Part shown: in pieces, positions 1-10,147 of the stretch | Numbering within the stretch: position 1 is the first letter of the stretch | Layout: each line of letters opens with the position of its first letter | The notes under the pieces: model-generated | What the model was told of the DNA's origin: nothing | The model's input: the letters and a program-made list of their open reading frames with translations, nothing else | Databases searched by the model: none | Position numbers and translations under genes: made by a program | From: Octopus sinensis | Lineage: Eukaryota | Direction of reading: 5' to 3' | DNA: 64,000 bases | Assembly (NCBI RefSeq): GCF_006345805.1 | Contig: NC_043006.1 | Coordinates: forward strand, 104,718,001 to 104,782,000

Positions 1-50
1 ATATATATATATATATATATATATAGTTATATATATATGCTTGTGTGTGT

Positions 51-219
51 GTGACCACCATCGGTTGACAACTGAGGTCGGTGTGTTTACGCCCCGGTAA
101 CGTAGCAGTTCGACAAAAGTGACCGATAGGATAAGTACGAGGCTTATGTTCTCCGGAAGGCAGCGGTCCAGCAGGGCCGTAGTCAAATGACTGAGTCAAA
201 GGAATTATAGAATAAAAGA
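51..219 (+). mobile_element. SINE family A (CORE-type, OR1/OR2-like), 3' tail fragment
   Basis: Matches the tail of the full-length copies at 13550-13982 and 24730-25179 (ttgacaac..ggtgtgtttacg..gtcaaatgactga). Confidence 0.75.
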
Positions 220-239
220 CTATATATATAGATAAATAA

Positions 240-306
<67 letters not shown>

Positions 307-523
307 TCAATTTAGGGTAGCAAAAAATTCAATAGAAATTTATCGCTACCAGCGGCCTAGTGGAAAAGAGAAAATAGTCAAAGACTAAACTATATAAATA
401 TAACAATTAAGGAGTGGCCTTAACAGGCCATTCGTCCACTAGAGAGAGCAGCCAGAACACAAACCGCCAAGCAGTATTAATTCAGAAATTAGGTGAAAAT
501 TTAAAAACGTTTACCCTAATTCA

Positions 524-625
524 TCTTTTAGACGATGCATCGTTTCTGTGTTTTTAAATGATAAACTAGCTTAATTAAATTAAATTAAGCTAATCTACCA
601 TAGGTCACACTTCATCAGTAAAAGA
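524..625 (-). ncRNA. Type I hammerhead ribozyme motif (inverted copy of 1025-1126)
   Basis: Reverse complement of 1025-1126. Confidence 0.8.
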
Positions 626-1024
626 CCTGGGAGAGACAAATATACACGAGGCGTCTGTATCAATGCCTCCGGAATATCTGTCTTAACATTTTCAAGACCA
701 ACGTGTTCGCGCCAACCCATCAGCAGTAAATATAAACTGCCGATTCAATCTCAGAATTAGTCAGAAAATTATCAATTAATCAAGTTAGGGTAGCAAAAAA
801 TTCAATAGAAATTTATCGCAATAGAAATTTATGGAAATTTTCTATTGAATTTTTTGCTACCCTAAATTGATTAATTGATAATTTTCTGACTAATTCTGAG
901 ATTGAATCGGCAGTTTATATTTACTGCGGATGGGTTGGCGCGAACACGTTGGTCTTGAAAATTTTAAGACAGATATTCCGGAGGCATTGATACAGACGCC
1001 TCGTGTATATTTGTCTCTCCCAGG

Positions 1025-1126
1025 TCTTTTACTGATGAAGTGTGACCTATGGTAGATTAGCTTAATTTAATTTAATTAAGCTAGTTTATCATTTAAAAAC
1101 ACAGAAACGATGCATCGTCTAAAAGA
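1025..1126 (+). ncRNA. Type I hammerhead ribozyme motif, canonical core, long stem II
   Basis: tctttta-CTGATGA-ag-tgtg...caca-GAAAC-gatgcatc-GTC-taaaaga: 7-bp stem I, palindromic stem III (ACGATGCATCGT), GUC triplet. Confidence 0.8.
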
Positions 1127-1246
1127 TGAATTAGGGTAAACGTTTTTAAATTTTCACCTAATTTCTGAATTAATACTGCTTGGCGGTTTGAGTTCTGGCT
1201 GCTCTCTCTAGTGGACGAATGGCCTGTCAAGGCCACTCCTAAATTG

Positions 1247-1290
<44 letters not shown>

Positions 1291-1293
<3 letters not shown>

Positions 1294-1714
1294 AATACAA
1301 AAAATGGGTCAAGAACGCGGCAGGCAACAACAAAGCATCCAAAGAGTGGGATGATTCAAAAAGGGACATGAAAAAACAAGGACGTGTCGTTCGGTGTTTT
1401 CTTTCGTCAGTCGAGTTCCAGATTATTTTTGCAATTTCCGCTGGTTATACACTGGACTGCTCCAATCTGACTAGCCCCAAGGAAAATCTAAGCTAAGAAC
1501 ACTAGATTTCTTGGAAGAAAGGGAGAAAAAAAAACGGAGAAATGTTATACAAACACAAATGTAAACGTCAGGACATTAACAACAGGTGACTTTCGACTAA
1601 GGAGGAATTAAATTAAGCTGGCGTGTGTAGAATTGAAACCTTATAGCAGGGACATAAGAGATGACAGGTATGGAAAGGAATAGATATGTTGCACGGATAT
1701 ACATATATAGCGTG

Positions 1715-1775
<61 letters not shown>

Positions 1776-1805
1776 TATGTATATGTATATACATATACAT
1801 ATATA

Positions 1806-1864
<59 letters not shown>

Positions 1865-2251
1865 ATATATATATGTGTATATATATATATAATATATATA
1901 TACACCCTATGTATGTATATATGCATATATGTATACTATATATGTTTATATAATAAATAATATATATACATACATGCATATATGGGTACATGACGACACC
2001 AACGGAGCAAATAACATGAAATGCGTAAAGAATGGGGGGGAAATGGAAAGCAGAACAAGTAAACACAGAGAAAGGACCCTTCATCAGTTGTCGGCTGAGT
2101 ATCTACTCCCCATTTCTTGTATTCAACAACAATGAGAGTCTTCAAAGACAGGGGATTAGAGAAGGACGGAAGAAGAGAACAGTATAGAGAAGAGAGTAGG
2201 ATGAAAAAGGTGGAGATAAACTTACTTGGAAATGGATGCGTGGCGTTCAAT

Positions 2252-2255
<4 letters not shown>
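1291..2255 (-). mobile_element. Degenerate Penelope-like pLTR/3' UTR remnant interrupted by microsatellite
   Basis: Minus strand has CTGATGAAGGG at ~2077-2087 and a broken hammerhead at 1381-1410; layout resembles 33581-34034. Confidence 0.35.
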
Positions 2256-2294
<39 letters not shown>

Positions 2295-2386
2295 AGGAAA
2301 AATTTTTTTTTTAAAGAAAGCAGAATGCTCAAATGAAAGAAAATTTTAATAAAATGAGAAATTGATAAAATATATAAATATATATT

Positions 2387-2427
2387 TATTCAACCGGTTT
2401 TCGTCATTGTATGACTTGTCAAGAATA
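2387..2427 (-). ncRNA. Hammerhead-like motif with U3-A8 core (inverted copy)
   Basis: Reverse complement of 2914-2954. Confidence 0.6.
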
Positions 2428-2913
2428 TTTATGTTTTAAAAAGTTTTTTTAAAAATTAGAAAGGGGAAAAAAAGAAAATTGCATTGTTTTTTGTAAAAGA
2501 ATAATGATAAAAATGTACAAAAATTAAAAAATAAGTTCTCCGATACATTGTGAGTTCGTTGTGTATCTTGAGTTTTATGGTTGTTCACAAAAAAATTACC
2601 TTGAGGTGTTAAGATCCAAAGGGATTAAGAGCATGTGTTGTGTTGTTTAATTCAGCATGTTTGCAGGACAGGAAGTAGTAGTTGCTGAATTAAACAACAC
2701 AACACATGCTCTTAATCCCTTTGGATCTTAACACCTCAAGGTAATTTTTTCGTGAACAACCATAAAACTCAAGATACACAACGAACTCACAATGTATCGG
2801 AGAACTTATTTTTTAATTTTTGTACATTTTTATCATTATTCTTTTACAAAAAACAATGCAATTTTCTTTTTTTCCCCTTTCTAATTTAAAAAAAAAACTT
2901 TTTAAAACATAAA

Positions 2914-2954
2914 TATTCTTGACAAGTCATACAATGACGAAAACCGGTTGAATA
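2914..2954 (+). ncRNA. Hammerhead-like motif with U3-A8 core and GAAAA
   Basis: tattc-TTGACAA-gtcat-aca-atgac-GAAAA-ccgg-tt-gaata: 5-bp stem I, 5-bp stem II, palindromic ACCGGT stem III. Confidence 0.6.
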
Positions 2955-3094
2955 AATATATATTTATATATTTTATCAATTTCTCATTTTATTAAAATTT
3001 TCTTTCATTTGAGTATTCTGCTTTTTAAAAAAAAAAATTTTTCCTTACTTATCATTTCTCCACGTGCGGTCAACACAACCCCACCATTTATTGA

Positions 3095-3258
<164 letters not shown>

Positions 3259-3378
3259 TATTGGTCACTTCCTCCAAATTGCTAGGTTACAAGGACATAA
3301 ACGCACCAAAGTTGGGTGTCAAGTGGTGGTGGTGGCCAAACACCACACATGCATACATACATACATACATACATACAT

Positions 3379-3413
<35 letters not shown>

Positions 3414-3511
3414 TATATATAATTAATAGTTTATAGAAAACGGAGAATATGCATAGAATAATCATTTTTTAATCATAGTGCAGTTACTTAATAAGTTCTT
3501 ACATTTTTTCT

Positions 3512-3599
3512 CCTACGTTGCGTTTCGGCCAATTGTTATTGTCTATATTTGCAACTTTAAAGTGCACTATGGTGTTATAAAACAATGGCCGCTTCAGGG
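3512..3599 (-). ncRNA. Degenerate hammerhead motif (A9C)
   Basis: Minus strand: cc-CTGAAGC-ggcca...tggcc-GAAAC-gcaac-GTA-gg; stems II and III pair, stem I only 2 bp. Confidence 0.45.
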
Positions 3600-4072
3600 T
3601 GTATTGGCTGGGTATATAGTTTTCTGGGTATATAATTTTCTAGGTATATAGTTTTCTGGCTATATAGTTTTTCCACTACTCTCAAATGAAGAGTTTATTC
3701 CGACCAAATGGAAAGCTTTTTGATTAACTGTGAGTTGGATGTTGTTTTATTTTTAAGAATTTAGTAATTGACTGCACTACGATTAACGAATCATTATTCT
3801 GTCTATATTCTGTATTTCCTTTAAACTATTAATGTTTTTCTCCTATATCGAAAAGAATGGAGTCTCTATAGAGACAACAGGACTTTCGGAAGTGAAAAGT
3901 ATCATACTAAAATGGTAAAACAAACTAACCAATAACATTAGTACATAAGCGCGCGAATAATATACAGTATCATCAATGGATAATAGCGCAAAACTGGTGC
4001 CCGTTTGGATAACATATTCCTACAAAAGAAAACATCCTTACGAAGAAAATGACTTTTTTGTGAATAAAGGCT

Positions 4073-4116
<44 letters not shown>

Positions 4117-4119
<3 letters not shown>

Positions 4120-4314
4120 CTTTACTGCCCACAAGGGGTTAAACATAGAGGGGACAAACAAGGACAGACAAAGGGATTAAGTCGATTACATCGACCCCAG
4201 TGCGAAACTGGTACTTAATTTATCGACCCCGAGAGGATGAAAGGCAAAGTCGACCTCGGCGGAATTTGAACTCAGAACGTAGCGACAGACGAAATACCGC
4301 TAAGCATTTTGCCC
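4117..4314 (-). mobile_element. SINE family B (tRNA head, Meta-like central domain, ccccttgtggg tail)
   Basis: B-box gagttcaaattcc, central gtcgactttgcctttcatcctctcggggtcgataaattaagtaccag; >=8 copies in window. The Meta-domain label is from recall. Confidence 0.8.
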
Positions 4315-4719
4315 TATATAAATATATATATGTGTGTGCGTGTGAGTGTGTGTGTGCGTGTGTGCGTGTGTGTGTGCGTGTGTGTGTTAATTACATGTAT
4401 TCTTTTATTAGCTTCTGATTTAATAATGATATTTAATATTATCTATTAATTTACTGCTATAAGTTTGACATTAAAGCATGTAAGGAATATTTAATACGTG
4501 CGGAGCGTTTTAATTATTAACTTTTTGGGTTAAGAAATACTATAATTTAATCAGTTGTATTATTAGTTAAGTTCAGTCGAGTTTGTTTTTTGGAAAGAAC
4601 AGAATATAAAAGCTTTCTCTTAGCTATGGAAGACTGGTGGGAATATTATCTGCATGGAACTCAAGGGCTAGGTTGCTATTTAGTTAGATAATGTAGGTGT
4701 TAGTTATAGGTTTACTTAT

Positions 4720-4977
4720 AGATGTAATTTAGCGATACTGTTTTTGTGCAGAGTGTAAATGACGGATTTCGACTGATGTACTTTCGCGTACAAATGCACG
4801 TTCCCATGGCTTTATAGATCGCATTCTCACCTGGAATCGATTTTTGTAATTTTTTCAAGACTTATACGCGTCCTGCTACAGTCGGTATCTACATATCAAA
4901 TTTGAGTGAAATCGGATGGAGGATGCCCGAGATCCTAGAAGACACACACACAGACAGAACGGTTTTTATATAATAGA
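4720..4977 (-). mobile_element. Possible non-autonomous Helitron 5' portion
   Basis: Minus strand starts a^TCTATTATATAAAAAC followed by (tg)n, like the start of 57306-57700; no 3' hairpin or CTAG found. Confidence 0.35.
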
Positions 4978-5179
4978 TATGTATGTGTATATGTACGTGT
5001 GCGTGCGTGCGTGTGCGTGTATGTGTGTGTGTGTCTGTGTTTGTGTGGGGGGAATGGAAATCTTTTGGGGCATTTTCCCGCCAAATTAGTATTATTGATG
5101 CGATATATTTTATTAGTTTGAAAATCTGCCGGGGAAATTATAGCCGGTAAAACGTGGGTGAGAAAGGAACTTGAGAGGG

Positions 5180-5660
5180 CCACTGCTTATGGTAACGAAC
5201 AAATGGGGTCATACATGGTGTGATTGGTGGAGTAGTGTGATATATAAAAATAGATCGTCAGAGCTCGAAGGTGAGGCACACTAAAGGAAAGTTTGACAGA
5301 TGGACCAGATGAGGAAGTGAGATATAATGAATGTCATGTTAATCGGTGAGTAGCCAGGCCTGGTTGAGAAAGGTATGTGGGAGAGTAGATAGTGAGGTGA
5401 GTCATATGAGGGCAAGATTAAGTAGAGGACTGGTTGAACTCAGTTGGGGATATAAGGCACATTGACTGTTGATTGAGGGACGCATAAAGCGGTTTAGGAA
5501 GTGAGTCACAAGGAAGGTCAGGTTTATAGAGAATTTGGTAATGAGGGGATACAACTAGCTTGCTCAGAATAACAATGACCACTCATAAAGTGACATTTGA
5601 TGAGAGAGCGTTTGTGTAGGCTGGACCTCGAAATGAGTTGGCGAGGGAATCATCAGCATT
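5180..5660 (-). pseudogene. Possible Penelope-like GIY-YIG C-terminal remnant
   Basis: Frameshifted minus-strand peptides YQILYK and RFMRPSINSQ resemble the PLE C-terminal E..I...PSLN motif. Confidence 0.3.
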
Positions 5661-5964
5661 ACACGGTTGTATGTGCGTGTGTTCATGCGCGTATGTGAGC
5701 GCGGGTTTGTGTAGGTATATTTTCTGTATAGCAGTAGTATTATTTCCGACATGATGCAAATATTTTGTTACCAACATGTTAAAATTTCCAAACATTAGGT
5801 ATTATATACAAAACTACTTTGAATATCGAGAATGAAACCAATAAAACTAAATAGAGCTTCCCGAAATATTTCCAATACCGGATGCGGAAATCCACTTAAA
5901 ACTGAAAACTTATCAAGCAATCACTATCGTAGTTACTAGATATGTAGAAACTTACACACACACG

Positions 5965-6037
<73 letters not shown>

Positions 6038-6310
6038 AAACACACACACACACCACACACACACACACACACACACTCAAACACACACAAACACACACAC
6101 ATAAAAACACATACACAAGCAAATAAAATACAGGCAGATGTGTAGAAAGATTGATTAATGCATTAGTTGACTGACTGATTGATTGACTGATGGAAAAAGT
6201 AAAGGGATACTAATCTACTATGCGAACATGTCCGTTGACAAACTGACTCTCTCTCTCTCTTTCTCTCTCACTCTCTCTCTCTCTTTCTCTCTCACTCTCT
6301 CTCTCTCGTG

Positions 6311-6404
<94 letters not shown>

Positions 6405-6407
<3 letters not shown>

Positions 6408-7140
6408 CGCAATTCACTCAGCCAGAAATATGGTAACGACCTACGGTACTGCTTGGCATTCACACCGGAAGCTTCAATACGAACATTTCAGAGTGAGGGC
6501 AGTACAATCTGAGGACACGTATCGAGAGTGGTGAAAATCAAAAATCCAGTCAACATCATGGTGTTTGGAGCGATCACTAGTGATGTTAACGTTATGCTTC
6601 CATTCACCTTCCCACACAACCTCAGCCTCAACACGGAAGCCAACATCAAGTGCCTGGCGGGTGTAGTGCTGCCTTGAGTGAAGAAGGTGGCTGCTGGATC
6701 CCATGTCTGGCAACAGGACTCTGCACCATGCCACAGAAGCAGGAGAACCCAGTCATGGCTATCAGACAATTTCTGCGATATGTCACCACTAACATCTGGT
6801 CACCTAACTCCCCAGATTGCAACCTCCTTGTTTATTATGTTTGGGGCACAGTTGAGTGAGAAACCAACAAAACTCCTTTTAACACCAAAGATGAACTGAA
6901 GGCAAGGATTATGGCAGCATTCACCAACATAAACAAGGAGACCGTCCAGAAGAGTTGCAGGAGATCCCGAAGTCGTCTGGAGGCCGTGGTTGAAGCGAAT
7001 GGTGATTTTATTGAAGAAATTTATTGTTTAGTATTTCACGATATCATTATATAATTTTGGTAAATATGTCTGTCAAAATGAGATGTCAGTGTTATTTTCA
7101 TTTTTGCGTAATTTAGACGACATATTATTCACCTTCTATA
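6405..7140 (+). mobile_element. Tc1/mariner maT-type (DD37D) transposon remnant, 3' half with right TIR
   Basis: Peptides WQQDSAPCH, WSPNSPDCN, KDELKARIMAAF, RLEAVVEANGDFIE across stops and frameshifts; spacing fits DD37D after frameshift repair; TIR-like end ttagacgacatattattcacc. Confidence 0.8.
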
Positions 7141-7345
7141 TTCTTTGAGTCTATTACTCTTTTACTTGTGTCAGTCTTTTGACTGAGGCCATGCTGGAGG
7201 ACCGCCTTAAAGGGTTGCAGTCAAAGAAATCGACTCCAGGATTTATCTTTTGTAAGTCTTGTACCTATTTTATTGCCTCTTTTCCCGAACCGCTAAGTTA
7301 CGGGGACGTAAACACACCACCATCGGTTTTGAGATGATGGTGTGA
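7141..7345 (-). mobile_element. SINE family A 3' tail
   Basis: Reverse complement of the family A tail. Confidence 0.75.
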
Positions 7346-7470
7346 GACAAACACACTCACACATATACACGCTCAAGCACACACATGCACACATACACAG
7401 AGAAATATATACATACATTACATACATACATGCACACATACATACATACATACATACATACATACATACA

Positions 7471-7502
<32 letters not shown>

Positions 7503-7503
<1 letters not shown>

Positions 7504-8778
7504 TAGGTTGTCAAAAAAGTTGTTGCGGGATTTTAAATTTTATTTTCGAATTAATTTTCGTTAAATTAATTTGACTTTATATATCAAATTAAAGGGCGTT
7601 TTTCGCTCTATCTAATCGTGTTACTCATTTTCTTTTTGAATAATTAGGCCATTTTTTCCGGACCGTTGAATACAACATGGACAAAATGCAACTTCGCACA
7701 ATTTTCTTATTCCAGTTCAAGCTAAGCCGAAAAGCTGCTGAAACAGCTCGCGATATCAACAATGCATTTGGCCGAGGAACCACTAATGAACGTACAGCAA
7801 AATGGTGGTTCAAAAAATTTCGTAGCGGTGACGAGAGTTTGAAGATGATAAGTGTAGTGGTCGACCATCGGACGTTGACAGTGATCAATTAAGAGCCTTA
7901 ATCGAAGCAAATCCACGCACAACTGTTCGAGAGCTTGCTTCTGAATTAGATGTAACGTATACGACAATTTCCAACCACTTGAAAGAGATCGGAAAAACAA
8001 AAATACTTCAGAAATGCCGCACGAATTGAACGACAACACGAGAAAAAAAAAACAACGCCGTTTTGAAGTGTCGTCTTCCCTTCTTTTACGCAACAAGAAT
8101 GATCTTTCTCGACCGGATTGTAACTTGCGATGAAAAGTGGATTCTTTACGACAACAGGCAACGCTCAGCTCAGTAGTTGGACGCCGACGAAGCTCCACGG
8201 CACCTCCCGAGGCCAAAGCTGCGCCAAAACAAGGTCATGGTGACTGTTTGGTGGTCTGCTGCCGGTCTCATCTATCACAGCTTTTTGGATCCAGGCGAAA
8301 CCATTACGGCGGAGAAGTTCTGTCAGCGAATGGATGAAATGTATAAGAAACTCTGACAACAAAAGCCAGCATTGGTGAATAGAAAGGACCAATTCTTTTC
8401 CACGACAACGCTCGGCCGCACGTCGCACAACTGACTCTGCAGAAGTTGAACGAATTGGGCTACGAAACTCTGCCTCATCCACCATACTCACCAGACCTCT
8501 CGCCTACCGACTACCGGTTTTTCAAACATCTCGACAACTTCCTGCGTGAGAAATGCTTCAAAAACCAAGACGATGCCAAACATACCTTCAACGACTTCAT
8601 CGCCAGCAGAACGCAGGATTGTTACGCTACTGGCATAAATAAACTTGTTTCGCGTTGGCAAAAGTGTGTTGATTCTGATAGTTTTTATTTCGTTTAATAA
8701 AGTTTTTTTTTTTTTAGCCGAGATATGAGTACCTGAATTTAAAGGGAAAAAACCGCAAGAACTTTCCTGACAACCTAT
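7503..8778 (+). mobile_element. Full-length decayed mariner (DD34D, Hsmar1/cecropia-like) with both TIRs and TA flanks
   Basis: TIRs ttaggttgtcaaaaaagttgttgcgg and ccgcaagaactttcctgacaacctat; peptides MDKMQLRTIFLFQFKLSRKAAETARDINNAFG, IVTCDEKWILYDN, HDNARPH, YSPDLSPTDYRFF; multiple stops and frameshifts. Confidence 0.93.
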
Positions 8779-8817
8779 TATATATACACACATACATACA
8801 TACACACACACACACAA

Positions 8818-8930
<113 letters not shown>

Positions 8931-9476
8931 TCACTGGCAGAGGTAGAATGGAATGTTTGAGCAGTAACCGTAGTAGTATATATGTGTGTGTGTGTGTACA
9001 AGAGAGAGAGAGAGTCAGTTTGTCACCGTGCATATCTTCATAGTAGATTAGTATCCCTTTACTTTTTCCACCAAAACTGGCAGAGGTAGAATGGAATGTT
9101 TGACTTGTTCCTCGAAGATGAGTGAAATTACAGTCACGGTTTGTACACAGCCTTTCGCGTAGGGAGTGGACGGTATATTTGGGGATTGCGATTTGAACTC
9201 GTGACTGTGGATTGTAAATAGTTTGAGATTTAGAATTGTTTCACTTTAATGACAATGGTGTAGTGGGGTGGGGTCTGGAGAGGGGTAAAGGAGCAGCGGT
9301 TGATTTTGTACACTGCGCGAGATAATATTAGTAGCAATGGTACTTGAGTTTGTTAGTGGAGCTGTGGTGGTGGGATGGGGATGAAGTAAGAGTGATTGGG
9401 AGTGGTCACGGCCAGAGGTAGAACGGAATGTTTGAGCAGTAACCGTAGTAGTAGGAGGAGGGGAGGAGGAGATACA

Positions 9477-9647
9477 CAACGGGCTTCTTTCAGTTTCCGT
9501 CTGCCAAATCGCCAAATCCTCTCACAAGGCTATGGTCGGCCCGAGGCTATAGTAGAAGACATTTGCCCAAGGTGTCACGCAGTGTGGGACGGGACTGAAT
9601 CTACAACCATGTGGTAGGGAAACAAGCTTCTTACCACACAGCCACTC
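9477..9647 (-). mobile_element. SINE family A 5' head (tRNA-like plus CORE)
   Basis: Minus strand gagtggctgtgtggtaag...accttgggcaaatgtcttctactatagcctcggg; CORE-like accttgggcaa. Confidence 0.8.
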
Positions 9648-10110
9648 ATGTACATACATACATGCATACATACATACATACATACATTCTTTTATTCGTC
9701 TATTTGTTTCAGTTATTTTGACTGCGGCCAAGCTGGAGCACATATACACACACATATCCACACACATACAGACGTTCATACACAAATATATATATACGTG
9801 AATTATATATGTAGGTATGTGTATATATGTATGTATGGGCCAATTCCCCAGGCATGTCAGTCAGTGTGTGTGTGTGTGTGTGTGTGAATGTATGTATATG
9901 GAGAAGGAGAGAGGGAAAGAGATTCCGCTAAGACAGATTAATGTGAGAGAGAATACCACAAAATGTAGCGGGGGGGTGAGTTTTAAACTCATTCCTACGG
10001 GAGTCATAGGTGGAAAAGGTATTTTTATAGCTACATAATTTTATGTCCTTTACTACATTTTCGAATAATGTAACTGTTGTCGCTTAGAATGGAAAAGAGA
10101 AGCGAGAGAG

Positions 10111-10147
<37 letters not shown>

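Larger units (their letters stand above)
302..1252. mobile_element. Penelope-like pseudo-LTR remnant arranged as a 414-bp inverted repeat (arms 398-811 and 839-1252) with a 473-bp tandem period
   Basis: Arms are reverse complements with ~6 mismatches; 302-346 is repeated at 775-819; each arm carries a hammerhead motif; (AT)n on both flanks. PLE assignment is inferred from hammerhead plus inverted pLTR geometry. Confidence 0.75.
2291..3049. mobile_element. Second Penelope-like palindrome: 367-bp inverted repeat (arms 2291-2657 and 2683-3049, 25-bp spacer)
   Basis: Arms are reverse complements apart from a few substitutions and homopolymer length changes; a hammerhead-like motif in each arm; (AT)n flanks. 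Confidence 0.75.

Noticed and set aside
1381-1410. Minus-strand CTGACGA...GAAC-gacac-GTC hammerhead
   Set aside because: GAAA is reduced to GAA and stems I and II do not pair; at most a decayed copy.
398-3049. Arm mismatches in the palindromes as an A-to-I editing footprint
   Set aside because: Mismatches are mixed (A/T, A/C, G/T, few A/G), and this is genomic DNA.
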